This document shows, one piece after another, positions 47,312 through 60,005 of a stretch of 64,000 bases of DNA (position 1 is the stretch's first letter; each line of letters starts with the position of its first letter). A program made the translations under genes and the position numbers. Under the pieces are notes generated by a model. The model saw only the letters and a program-made list of their open reading frames with translations, searched no databases and had not been told where the DNA came from. The stretch covers positions 62,372,001 to 62,436,000 of the forward strand of contig JBNRSN020000018.1 of assembly GCA_051313645.2 (NCBI GenBank), written 5' to 3'. This stretch comes from Centroscyllium fabricii. Its lineage: Eukaryota.

Positions 47312-48433
47312 CACATAATACTGATCAGGAAGAGTACTATGAAAATATTGCTCAAATATCATTCTGGTGCATTGCTTCAACGAGACAAAAAGTCGTAATA
47401 AACTAAGTTGCATTAGCAGTGGGATAAAATTGCAAATTGAAAGAAGTAATATTGTTACTGTACAGTGACTCATTATACTTGCCTGTAGTAAGTACTGTGC
47501 TGTGCTGGTCACCACACTATAGGAATGCGATTATTGTCTTTGTGAAAATGCTATGTAAGACACCAAGATGAGGCCAGGTTTTAGGAATCTGAATTTAACA
47601 TGAGTAAAAATTAAAAAATTGAGGCTTGTTTTTATCAAAAACGATGACCGATGTTTCCAAACTTCTGAAAAAGATGAAGTTGATTCAGACAGATTGATCT
47701 CACTGACAAAGGTTCCAAATACGAGGGATCTTAATTCATTTTGACGGTCAGGAGTAAAGGGAAAATTTGACAGTGCTATTTCATCCAAAGGGTAAGACAA
47801 AAATATGTTTCTAACTAAGACAATTGAAGCTATTGGTATAAATGAATTCAATGGACAGCTGGATATATTTTTGAAGAAAGAATGAATTGATTGACATAAT
47901 GAGAAGGTACGAAGATGGGATTGAGATCAAACAAAGAGATGGGCTTTTTAGGTCCAATTGCCCTTTTGTTGTTCCTAAAATTTCTTATGAATAAACACTG
48001 AACAAATTCAAAATAAACTGACTAATATTATGTATTCAAAAGTAAAATACATTTTAAAAGAAGTACAACAAGCCATCATGGTGGTAATGCATCCTTTGAA
48101 TAAAAGCACTTCGCTTTATTTAAATTTGGTGATATCCAAAATGCCTTGTAATGTGGTGTTTCACTCCAGTCATGTTAACTGATTTGTCATCAGAATAGAA
48201 TTTCACAATGCTTCATTAGGGAAGATATGCATGAATTGTAGCTCCCAAAAGTAGCGAAAAGACCACTGTGAAATGCCAGTAAGTATACAAATGTTCCTTT
48301 TAGAATGAAGGGGAAGTTGTGTAGAAATACACTTAAGTTCTGAAACGTATACCACAGTGGTATATCATAGCTGCAGTCTTGCCCAGTCTCACTGGTGTAC
48401 ATTTTACTTCTTTTCCCTGGTATGCTTGTGTAG

Positions 48434-48566
48434 GTGAATTGGCCCCTCAACATTGTGATCACGGAAAGCTGCATGAACAAGTACAACAAGATCTTCTCTT
48501 TTCTGCTGCAGCTAAAGCATATGGTCTGGACACTAAAAGATGTTTGGTTCCATTTAAAACGTACAG
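48434..48566 (+). CDS. TUBGCP6: TUBGCP6 coding exon
   Basis: tgtag| VNWPLNIVITESCMNKYNKIFSFLLQLKHMVWTLKDVWFHLKRT(A) |gtgaga. Confidence 0.97.
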
Positions 48567-48789
48567 GTGAGAAAAATATTGTTGAATGTGTATTGAGGAT
48601 CATTGAATTATTGCAGGAAATAGTCTGTAAGAATGTGTTTAGAAGGATTTACTGGTAATGTTTATTTTGCTACAGTTAAAGACAAGATTAGGTTGAAGCG
48701 AGAACATGGATTACATATTAAATAACAATGCACGAGGTAATGGATTAGGAAAACAAACTGGGGGTTTGATGGATAAGTTATTAGCATAG

Positions 48790-50190
48790 TCAATTCAATA
48801 CTTGTAGGCGGTGAATAAAATGTTAGTTGTGTAGCATTAGAAAGGAGAAACCAAGGGCACAAAGGATTGGGAGAGTCGGATAGCACTAAAGCAAGAAATA
48901 GTGAGGTATTAGGTGGGGTCAGACTAAGAGAGAACACAGGATGGTCTAAGATAGGTTTACAGTGTATGTATGTGAACGCACGAAGCGTATTAAACAAGGT
49001 TGGTGAGTTACAGGAGCAAATAACCACATGGGAATATGATGATGTGGCAATAACGGAGACCTGGCTCCAAAAAGGGCAGGATTGGGAATTAAATATTCCT
49101 GGATATAAGCTGTTCAGGAAAGATAGGAGATGGTGTGGCAGTATTGGTTAAGGAGAATGTTGCGGTGCTGGAGAGAGAGGATATTCTAGAGGAGTCGAGG
49201 ACTGAATCTATATGACTAGAGTTAAGAAATAATAGAGGTGCCATTACACTACTAGATGTATTCTATAGGCCACCAAGTAGTGGGAAAAATATGGAGGAGC
49301 AAATTTTCAGGGAAATTACAGAGAGATGCAAGAACTACAGTGTAGTGATGATGGCGGACGTCTCAACTATCCTAATATAGAATAGTGCAAAGGGCGGGGG
49401 GGGGAAAGAATTTCTGAAGTGTGTTCAGGAGAACTTTCTTGATCAGTATGCTTCCAGCCCGACGAGGAAGGAGGCATTGCTGGATCTGGTTCTGGGGAAT
49501 GAGGTGGGTCAAGTGGAACAAGTGTCAGTAGGGGAACATTTAGCCACAGTGATCATAGTATCATAAGGTTTAGATTAGCTATGGAAAAGGACAGGGAGCA
49601 ATCTAGAGTAAAAATAATTAATTGGCGGAAGACAAATTTCAGGGGGCTGAGAACGGATCTGGCCTGGGTAAATTGGAATCAAAGATTGGCAGCAAAACTG
49701 TAATGGAACAATGGGCTGCCTTTAAAGCGGAAATGGTTCGGGTACAGTCGAGGAACATTCCCACTAAGGGGAAAGGTAGGGCAACTAAAGTCCGAGCTTG
49801 GATGACGAAAGAGAGAGAGTAAGATGAAGCAGAAAAAGAGCGCGTATGACAGATGTCAGGTTGAGAATACATCGGAGAATCGGGCTAAATATAGAAAATT
49901 CAGAGGGGAAGTGAAAAAGAAAATAAGAGGGGCAAAGAGAGGGTATGAGAATAGAATGGCAGCTAATATAAAAGGTAACCCAAAAGACTTCTATAGGCAT
50001 ATAAATAGTAAGCGGGTAGCAAGATGAGGGGTGGAGCCGGTTAGGTACCAAAAAGGAGACCTACGCATGGAGGCAGAGGGTATAGCTGAGGTACTAAATG
50101 AGTACTTTGCATCTGTCTTCACCTAGCTGAGGTGCTCTTGCAGAGAGCGAGCATGGGCTGAATGGCCTTCCTTGCTGTAACCATCCTATG
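48790..50190 (+). mobile_element. CR1 endonuclease-region remnant
   Basis: YVNARSVLNKVGEL...YDDVAITETWL..GQDWELNIPGY; FYRPP; LLDLVLGNE; IKGNPK.FY.HI. Confidence 0.88.
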
Positions 50191-51209
50191 GTACCTAAGG
50201 TACCTAGGTCTAAGGAGCTGATTTTGAGATTGTATCTGGTTTTAGCAAAACCGCATCTGGAGTACGGTGTTCAGTACGGGCATGGTATTACAAGAAAGAT
50301 GTAGAATTGTTGAAGAAAGTCGAGAGGATTGCTACGAGGTTGTTTTCCTGAAGTTGAAGGACTGAGGAAAGAGATTGTCTACCCTGAGACTTTACTCTCT
50401 GGAGAAGAGGATAAGGGGGGAGACTTGATTTTTACAGGTATGGAGAATATGGATCCAGCAAAGTTCTTCTGCTGAGCACAGGATTCAAAGACATGGGAAC
50501 ATGGTTTACTGTTAAGGCAGTCAAAAGAAAATAGGAAATTTAGGCATAATTGTTTTAATAAAAGGGAGTGGAACTGGAGGAATAGAAAGACATGGCAGAT
50601 TTTTTTTTTAAAGAACTGGATGAATTCCTATTGGGAAAGGAATACAGTGCTACTAGTTACAGAATCACAGTAAGCAAACTGATCATCTAGATGAACCAAT
50701 GGTCTTCTACATAAAACATAACATTGTCACTATATTCTCTGTAATTGGTGAAGTGTTTAACTTTAAATTAAGAATTTTGATTACAATTAAAACATTGATT
50801 TAAAAAAATGATTCCTAATACTTTACCTGAAGATAATTATGCTGCCCTCTCATGAGAGGGGATATAAATTTGGGTATATGCACTCCATATCTATCTTGTA
50901 TTATAGACCAAGTAAGTAACATAACTGGACATATGACTAGTTATTCAGTGATATTTACTGACAAAAATAATGTTAGTTAGTTGGAGTCATCTAACTTCAT
51001 TTAGCATTATGATATAATTACCATTAATTATAGTATAATAGTAATACACTTGAACAGTATAGGCAGTATTATTGTCTCATGCTCCTAACCAGTGGATCTT
51101 GTGATATGTTGTATGATCTACAAATCCACCTATTTTTCCTCTTAATTTTCTATAATTTTGCAGATTGAAATTGGGATTTTTTTAAACTAATTTTGTTTTT
51201 TTATTTTAG

Positions 51210-51423
51210 CTTTAGTTAGCCATTCTTCAAATTCAATTCAGTTTCATCAGCTTCAACTCTATCGACATGAAATGCAGCATTTTGTCAAAGTCATCCAAGG
51301 TTATATTGCTAATCAGATCTTGCATGTTACCTGGTGTGAATTTGGGCACAAGTTGTCAGCAGTCGGAAACCTGGACGAACTCCACAGAACACATGCAGAG
51401 TACCTCAACAAAGGCATTTTCAG
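51210..51423 (+). CDS. TUBGCP6: TUBGCP6 coding exon with GC donor
   Basis: tttag| LVSHSSNSIQFHQLQLYRHEMQHFVKVIQGYIANQILHVTWCEFGHKLSAVGNLDELHRTHAEYLNKGIF(R) |gcaaga. Confidence 0.93.
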
Positions 51424-52019
51424 GCAAGAATCCCTTATACTTTTTTGCAGCATTTCTAAAGTATTGCACAGTATGTCATGTGTTACGGTAGTTATTAGTA
51501 AAGGGAGGGGAAAGAAAACTGAACTGATCAGATTGTGATGAGTGCCTGAATGGCTGTAAGGAATCCACTGGGCTCGACACTAGATAACTTGTAACGAGAA
51601 GACAATCCCATGATATTTAATTACAGTAAAAATCGAGATTGTTGTACACAGTGAAATGACAAAGGACATATAATCTGGCACCGTTGGGACCAGGCCGGTG
51701 CCGGACTAGTGAAAAATCCAAACGACTGAAGTTTCGGCGAGCGCATGCGCAGACCATTCAAAATGGCCACTGCGCATGCCGGGTAATTCAATGCAAGTTA
51801 TTATCGCTTCATTTTAGAGACATTTAGGTTGTAATAAATTATTTTGATAGGCATCCATATAGAGTCTCACTGGAGGCATGTAAATGTCTGAATTTAATTT
51901 AAAATTATTTGTTTACATCGAAATTCTCCATATCTCTAAAATCGTGAAATATTTGGAGCAGAACTTTATTTCAATTTAATGCAGTCGAATGCTGTGAACC
52001 TTCCTAGATATTTTTTTAC

Positions 52020-52263
52020 ATAGAAACATAGAAGATGGGAGCAGGAGTAGGCCATTCGGCCCTTCAAGCCTGCTCCGCCATTCAATGAGATCATGGCTGA
52101 TCATCCAAACCCAGTACCCCGCCCCTGCCCTCTCCCCATGTCCCTATCGAGCCGGCACCGACACATATCCCACCCTATCCCCGCAACCCCACACATTTAA
52201 TCCCCCTAACACTAAGGGTCAATTTATCATAGCCAATCAACCTAACCTGTACATCTTTGGACT
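52020..52263 (-). mobile_element. 5'-truncated V-SINE
   Basis: Tail and body present, ends at acatctttggact. Confidence 0.88.
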
Positions 52264-52487
52264 TCAAAGTAATTCTTTTGACCTTTCTCAATATACAAAG
52301 CACTTTGAAGATTGAGTTAGTTTTAAACTCTGAGCAAAATATAACATTGGTGCTCATGCCCCAGACTGTACATATTTGAAATGTCATCGCAGCAATCACC
52401 TATACAGATCGTAAATAACTAATCTGGAGAGCAGGAGGAAGAGAGGAGAGTGCGGGTATTACTTACATTTATAGATCGTTCTTGGAT

Positions 52488-52622
52488 GTCGGGGAGAGGC
52501 CCGGGCATGCGCAGCCAATCAAAATGGCTGCTGCGCACGCGCGGACCAGTCGAGGAGAGGCTCGGATTCGTGCCGGACGACTGAAGTTTCCGGATTAACG
52601 GTGTCCGGATTAACGGGACCTG
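52488..52622. mobile_element. Right half of a TA-target MITE (left half at ~51671-51780)
   Basis: Matches the right part of 14377-14767; ends ggattaacgggacctg-ta. Confidence 0.65.
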
Positions 52623-52736
52623 TACTGCATTATTGTGGAAACTAAGCAGTCTAAAACTATTTGCATTGCATTTGTTCCAAAAATTAGAGGTCCATTTTGA
52701 GTGCATGATTCTGAAGTAACTCCCGAAACACGCTTT

Positions 52737-53515
52737 GGGCAGGATTTTCATTGGGTCGTGGAGTCGGGATTGGAGGCGTGTGGGGGCGTTAAAATCCCAA
52801 AATCAGGGGTCCCGACCCCATCCCGCACCCAACCCGCCTCCATGCCAGTTTCAAAGGGGGCGGGTCCCACACTGGGACCCGCCTACTGAGGCGGGAAGGG
52901 GTTAGTGCCAATTAACTGCCTGTTAACAGGTAGTTAACAGGCAGTTTTTAGCCTAATCCCTATTTTTAATGCTGAAGTGTAGGATTCCCAACCGCTCCAA
53001 ATCATGCCAAGTTTGCGAGGCGGGCCGTTGGGTTGAAGGACTTGGAGGGGTTGAGATGTCTGGTGTTCAGGTGAGTGATGTGTGCATGAGTGCAAAGGTA
53101 AGTGTTTGGTGTGTCTAAAGTGTTTAAAGAAGTTTAAATAACCTTTTCTTACCTTTATAGCCTTCCTTCCTTTAGGTCTCTGAGTCCCTCATCTCACCGG
53201 CACAGAAAGCAGAATGGCTGCGAACTGTCAAAAGTGACAGCCTGCAGCTTTCTGTGCAGGAGAGATTTCCAAATGAGTCTCTGGAGATGGACTCCGGTTA
53301 GAAAATCAGACTGTCAGTGTTTGAAACCTCTTGACATGAAATTTCAGTCTGTGACGTCACCTGTTGCCAGGTGGCCCTTAATTGGCCTGCTGAGCCCGCT
53401 CAACAAGGTCAATCAAGTTAAAATCGCGTGGATTGGCCACATCTCGATGGAGGCGGGACTACAACCCCGAAAGTTGTAGTCCCGCCTCCTACCCGTCTTA
53501 ATGAAAATCCAGCCC
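52737..53515. mobile_element. Harbinger-type MITE
   Basis: TIR gggcaggattttcatt / aatgaaaatccagccc; flanks ttt/tat. Confidence 0.75.
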
Positions 53516-53952
53516 TATATATTTGCACTGAGACTAAAAGCTTAACAATGCTACAAAATTCACAACTAAAAAGCAAACAAGCGTTAAAATACAAGTTGAA
53601 ATGTTTGTTGCTGTTGGTTATATTTCTGTTTTCTTCAGGCAGGGGGGGAAAAAACATCTGATTTAAAGATTGAACAAAAGTAGAAAATGTGAATTGTTTG
53701 CATATCAAGTCGTCTGGATTATAAAGGAAAGGGCTAAAAATTTGTCTTTTTTCTAGTTTTTAATCTCTTGTATCACAAAGCATACTTCAACCAAATACTT
53801 ATAATTTTGGATTTTTAACTATGCCCCCAATAGCTTTTCACATACATGGCTTCTAATTCAGATATGAGGGTAACAAAGGTGTCATTTGTAGTGTTTGTAA
53901 AGGGTACATATTGCCTATGTAATCCAAAATCTATCTCCTTTTTCTATTACAG

Positions 53953-54152
53953 GGGATTATTGACCGAGAAAGCTGCCCCAGTGATGAATATCATTCACAC
54001 TATTTTCAGCCTGATTCTGAAATTCCGCAGTCAGTTGATTTCGCAGGCCTGGCAATATGATGCTGACAAACAAATGGCAATACATCCCAACTTTGCCATG
54101 ATGCAGCAATCCTACAAAACATTTAAACATTATTCACACTTCCTTTTTAAAG
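53953..54152 (+). CDS. TUBGCP6: TUBGCP6 coding exon
   Basis: tacag| GLLTEKAAPVMNIIHTIFSLILKFRSQLISQAWQYDADKQMAIHPNFAMMQQSYKTFKHYSHFLFK(V) |gtagag. Confidence 0.97.
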
Positions 54153-54606
54153 GTAGAGTATGTACATTCAATTATTGCCAATTCCAGTTACCATTATTTC
54201 AGAGGTGAGGCATATTGATAATGTGAAACATTTTACTGAATCTGTAACTGAAACTATACCAAATGGTGACTAATGGATGATCACAGCTAAATAACATGTG
54301 CACAATTCTGAATTTCTTTTGGATCATTGTGTCCATAAGTGAGTAAAGTCACAAGTTTGCATACAAACTCAAAACCAATAATGTAATGTTAATTTTCTGT
54401 TTTTGTTTTATCGTTACATACATAACCTTTTTTTAAATTATGAACATTGTGTCAGGTCAAGGTACTTACAGCAGGAATAATTATCACGACAATTAGTGGT
54501 TCTGTGACATAGTGGATACAATAAAGCAGTGACATCCAAATGTCAATGGCGTACAATCGCAGAAGGTTCTGCGTCAGCTAATGTACAAAGTGCAAGGTGC
54601 AAGAGT

Positions 54607-57600
54607 TTTTTTTTTAATTCATTGATGGGATGTGGGCGTCGCTGGCTGGCTAGGCCTGCATTTAGTGCCCATCCCTAATTGCCCTTGAGAAGATGGTGGT
54701 GAGCCACCTTCTTGAACCGCTGCAGTTCATATGATGTAGGTACACCCACAATGTTGTTAGGAAGGGAGTTCCACGATTTTGACCCAGCGACAGTGAAGGA
54801 GCGGCGATACAAGTCCAAGTCAGGATGGTGTGTGGCTTGGAGGGGAACTTGTAGGTGGTGCTGTTCCCATGCGTCTGCTGCCCTTGTCCTTCTAAGTGGT
54901 AGAGGTCGCGGGTTTGGAAGGTGCTGTTGAAGGAGCTCTGGCGAGTTGCTGCAGTGCATCTTGTAGATGGTACACACTGCAGCCACAGTGCGCCGGTGGT
55001 GGAGGGAGTGAATGTTGGAGGTGGTGGATGGGGTGCCAATCAAGCGGCCTGCTTTATCCTGAATGGTGTCGAGCTTCTTGAGTATTGTTGGAGCTGCACT
55101 CATCCAGGCAAGTGGAGAGTATTCCATCACACTCCTGACTTGTGCCTTGTAGATGGTGGAAAGGCTTTGGGGAGTCAGGAGGTGAGACACTCGCCGCAGA
55201 ATTCCCAGCCTCTGGCCTGCTCTTGTAGCCACAGTATTTATATGGCTGGTCCAGTTCAGTTTCCGATCAATGGTAACCCCCCAGGATGTTGATAGTGGGG
55301 GATTCAGCGATGATAATGCAATTGAATGTCAAGGGGAGATGGTTAGAGTCTCGCTTGTTGGAGATGGTCATTGCCTGGCACTTGTGTGGTGCGAATGTTA
55401 CTTGCCACTTGTCAGCCCAAGTCTGAATGTTGTCCAGGTCTTGCTGCATATGGACACGGACTGCGTCAGTATCCGACGAGTCTCGAATGGTGCTGAACAG
55501 TGTGCAATCATCAGCAAACATCCCCACTTCTGACCTTATGATGGAGGGAAGGTCATTGATGAAACAGCTGAAGGTGGTTGGACCTAGGACACTGCCCTGA
55601 GGAACTCCTGCAGTGATGTCCTGTGGTTGAGATGAATGACCTCCAACAACCACAGCCAACTTCCTTTGTGCTAGGTATGATTCCAACCAATGGAGAGTTT
55701 TCCCCTTGATTCCCATTGACTTCAGCTTTGCCAGGGCTCCTTGATGCCACACTCGATCAAATGCTGCCTTGATGTCAAGGGCAGTCACTCTCACCTCACC
55801 TCTTGAGTTCAGCTCTTTTGTCCATGTTTGGACCAAGGCTGTAATGAGGTCAGGAGCCGAGTGGCCCTGGCGGAACCCAAACTGGGCGTCAGATAGCAGG
55901 TTATTGCTGAGTAAGTGCCGCTTGATAGCACTGTTGACGACACCTTCCATCACTTTGCTGATGATTGAGAGTAGACTGATGGGGCGGTAATTGGCCGGGT
56001 CGGATTTGTCCTGCTTTTTGTAGACAGGACACACTTGGGCAATTTTCCACATTGCTGGGTAGATGCCAGTGTTGTAGCTGTACTGGAACAGCTTGGCTAG
56101 GGGCGCAGCTAGTTCTGGAGCACAAGTCTTCAGTACTATTGCCGGAATGTTGTCAGGGCCCATAGCCTTTGCAGTATCCAGTGTCTTCAGCCGTTTCTTG
56201 ACATCACGTGGAGTGAATTGAATGGGCTGAAGACTGGCATCTGTGATGCTGGGGACCTCAGGAGGAGGCCAAGATGGATCATCCACTCGGCATTTCTGGC
56301 TGAAGATAGTTGCAAATGTTTCAGCCTTGTCTTTTGCACTCACGTGCTGGGCTCCACCATCATTGAGGATGGGGATATTTTTGGAGCCTCCTCCTCCTGT
56401 TAGCTGTTTAATTGTCCACCACCACTCACGACTGGATGTGGCAGGACTGCAGAGCTTTGATTTGATCCGATGGTTGTGAGATCGCTTAGCTCTGTCTATC
56501 GCATGTTGCTTCTGTTTGGCATGCAAGTAGTCCTGTGTTGTAGCCTCACCAGGTTGACACCTCATTTTTCGGTATGCCTGGTGCTGTTCCCGGCATGCTC
56601 TCCTGCACTCTTCGTTAAACCAGGGTTGATCTCCCGGCTTGATGGTAATGGTAGAGTGAGGGATATGCCGGGCCATGAGGTTACAGATTGTGGTTGAATA
56701 CAATTCTGCTGCTGCTGATGGCCCACAGCGCCTCATTGATGCCCAGTTTTGAGTTGCCAGATCTGTTCGAAATCTGTCCCATTTAGCACGGTGGTAGTGC
56801 CACACAACACGGCGGAGGGTATCCTCAACATGAAGACGGGACTTCGTCTCCACAAGGACTGTGCGGTGGTCACTTCTACCAATGCTGTCATGGACAGATG
56901 CATCTGCAACAGGTAGATTGGTGAGGACGAGATCAAGTAGGTTTTTCCCTCTTGTTGGTTCCCTCACCACCTGTCGCAGACCCAGTCTGGCAGCTATGTC
57001 CTTTAGGACTCGGTCAGCTCGGTCAGTTGTGGTGCTATCGAGCCACTCTTGGTGATGGACATTGAAGTCCCCCACCCAGAGGACATTTTGTGCCCTTGCT
57101 ACTCTCAGTGCTTCTTCCAATTGATGTTCAACATGGAGGAGTACTGATTCATCAGCTGAGGGAGGGCGGTAGGTGGTAATTAGTAGGAGGTTTCCTTGCC
57201 CATGTTTGACTTGATGCCATGAGACCTCATGGGGTCCTGAGTCAATGTTGAGGACTCCCAGGGCTACTCCCTCCCGACTGTATACCACGGTACCACCACC
57301 TCTGGTGGGTCTGTCCTGCCGGTGGGACAGGACATACCCAGGAATGGTGATGGTGGTGTCTGGGACATTGGCTGTAAGGTATGATTCTGTGAGTATGACT
57401 GTCAGGCTGTTGCTTGACTAGTCTGTGGGACAGCTCTCCCAATTTTGGCACAAGTCCCCAGATGTTTGTGAGGAGGACTTTGCAGGGTCGGCAGGGCCGG
57501 GTTTTCCGTTGACGTCGTTTCCGGTGCCGAGGTCGATGCCGGATGGTCCGTCCGGTTTTATTCTTATTGGTTTTCGTAGCGGTTGTTTACAACTGAGTGG

Positions 57601-57722
57601 CTTGCTAGGCCATTTCAGAGGGCATTAAGAGTCAACCCCATTGCTGTGGGTCTGGAGTCACATGTAGGCCAGACCAGGTAAGGACGGCAGATTTCCTTCC
57701 CTAAAGGACATTAGTGAACCAA
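54607..57722 (-). mobile_element. Near-complete CR1/L2-group LINE: APE endonuclease plus RT ORF with two frameshifts
   Basis: ORFs 57242-57451, 55267-57288 (673 aa: [50 protein letters not shown]) and 54675-55232; A-rich tail at ~54607. Confidence 0.92.
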
Positions 57723-57814
57723 TGTCATAAGATATCTTCCCATACATAGTATGTGACCACAAGGAGTTGGAATATTTTCAGAGATATTCCTTTACTATTT
57801 TACATGTTCTAGAG

Positions 57815-58130
57815 CAGGGGTCCCCAATTACCGGGCCGCGGACCGGTACCGGGCCGTGGATCATTTGGTACCGGGCCGCACAGAGAATAAAAACGTTTAA
57901 ATTTTTATTTTATTTCCATTTTATTGACTATCTCAGTCTGCAGGGTGTTTTATTTTGAAAAATGACCACTTCCGTCTGTGCCTCTTTTCTGCACTTGTCT
58001 CAGTCGCAGTTTTTTTCCATGCTCTGATAAATTAAGCCCACAAGCTAATTCTCTCCCCACCACCCCCACCGGTCCGTGGAAAAATTGTCCTGCATGAAAC
58101 TGGTCCGTGGTGCAAAAAAGGTTGGAGGCC
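57815..58130. mobile_element. hAT (Charlie-like) MITE, right end eroded
   Basis: caggggtccccaa...ccgggccgcggaccggtacc.g.ccgtgg start; ggtcc.tggtgcaaaaaaggttgg end. Confidence 0.7.
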
Positions 58131-58496
58131 AACTTAAAATTTCAATAATTTATTTTCTTACTGTAAACTAATTTTTTTGTGCTATCTGAGGTCATTTACT
58201 GCATGTGCAGTGCCGGAAGACCTGGTGTTTTAAGTCTGATGTATTGTTTTTTGTGATCTTGGACATGGTCATTGTTTGTATGCCAGTCACCCAGAGTTGA
58301 AGTTGCAGATGTGACTTTTACCCTGGGCTCACCAGATCTTAAAGTTCTAGGTATGTGAATTTTTGTGTGGTTGGAAAAATGGGAAGTGCTTCTATTTATT
58401 GGTTAGATCTGTTCCAGTTTAGAAAGGTGCAATTTCACAACTAATCTGCCAAAGAGTTTTCTGATTTTTTTAATTGATGTTTGTTTCCCTCCCCAG

Positions 58497-58588
58497 TGGT
58501 GACTAAACTTGTCAATCGGGGATACCAGCCACATCTTGAGGACTTCCTGTTGAGAATTAACTTCAATAATTATTATCTGGATGTTTAA
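58497..58588 (+). CDS. TUBGCP6: TUBGCP6 terminal coding exon
   Basis: ccccag| VTKLVNRGYQPHLEDFLLRINFNNYYLDV-TAA; matches the human C-terminus. Confidence 0.97.
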
Positions 58589-58894
58589 CTGTTACATAGC
58601 TCCCAAGAGTTACATCTGGTGTGTTACTGAAAATCAAATTTAAATTAACGCAAAAAAATCTAATTTGAGGTAAAATATTAGTGCTTGTTAAATTTCAATA
58701 TTTAGCCATTTTTAAACAAATTATACATCTGAGCATTTGTATTCATGTATATATTTGTATATCTGTACCATATGACAATCAGTGTTACAGGACACCTTTA
58801 TGCTACAGTTGTGCAAACAGAAGGTTTGGTTTGTAATTTATTCTGCAGGGACAATTAGCACTATGTCCTCATTCAGCAATCTGTCATATTTACT

Positions 58895-58900
58895 ATTAAA
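58895..58900 (+). promoter_or_regulatory. Candidate TUBGCP6 polyadenylation signal (ATTAAA)
   Basis: ATTAAA ~300 nt after the stop, followed by GT/T-rich sequence. Confidence 0.45.
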
Positions 58901-59269
58901 ACAATGTTTTTGAAGCTGTATATCTTGGTGTGAGCTTAAGTTGTTAACTCTGTGTCTTACTGGGTTGTTATTATAAAAAAAAGCACATCACCCTAACAGT
59001 AACGGGGATGCACTTGCCATTCAGTTTTAAATATACAGGGCAGGAAGCCTCTTGTTTATGGAAGAAAAACTAGGTGCCAGGCTTCATTGCGAAATCTAAC
59101 TTGATTGTTGTAAAAAATAATTAATCAGTGTATGCACAGAACAAAGCCTATTTGTATCCAGTTTGCCTTTGTTTCTCTTAAATGAGTCGTCGTGTTGTGT
59201 CGCTACACCTTCCCTTGCCACTGTTCCATGCAGGCTCTGGCTTGAGAATTAAAGTTCCTTGGATCTGCA

Positions 59270-60005
59270 TGGTTCTAATAGTAGAGGGCATTCTATGAGA
59301 TGCTCCATTGTTTGAGATGCCTCTCCACAGTCACAGTCGGTAGTATCAGTTTGGCTGTATCGCCACTTCTGCATGAGGGCTCTGCAGCGACCAACGCCAG
59401 CCCCAAAGCGATTGAGACACAGCCAAGTAGGCCAAGTCTCACTGGCTCCTGTTGGAAGAGATACCTCTGGATCAAAAGATAGCTGGTGTGGCTTTGTCTG
59501 CAGATCCTTTGACCAAGCAGCTAGTCTACAGCTGTGGGGGGTTACATTTCCAAGGGCTGGACAGCATGTAAGGAACTGCTCCTGGACTTGAGCCTCTTAG
59601 TTGCTGGCTCGTGTTGAAAAAGTGGATGACGGGGCTCACTTGTCTGCTTTGACCTTTCCACTCTGGATGATACTCGACTTCTTATGAAAGGTGGGGCAGT
59701 ACCAGCAAGCAGGTGAAGATCATCCACCTTCATAGGTTTCAGGCAGCCAGAAATAGCTTTGCAGGCTGCACTGAGGACTGGATCCATCTTCTTGGCATGC
59801 GAGGAGCATTCCCAGACTGGACAGGCATATTCAGCTGTGGAACAGCACAGGGCAACGGCAATAGTTCATAAGGTCCTTTGATCAGTTCCCCATTTTGAGT
59901 TGGCCAACCTCCTTAAGATGTTGTTTCTGGCTCCCACCTTTGCTTTGATGACATGATCTTTGTAGCAGAGGGTATGATCTAATATGATGCCAAGGTATAT
60001 TGGCT
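59270..60005 (-). mobile_element. Vingi/Ingi-like LINE 3' remnant
   Basis: YLGI.LD..L, ALC.S.AEYACPVW, ISGCLKP....LH.LAG.APP.IR, RLKSR motifs. Confidence 0.6.
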
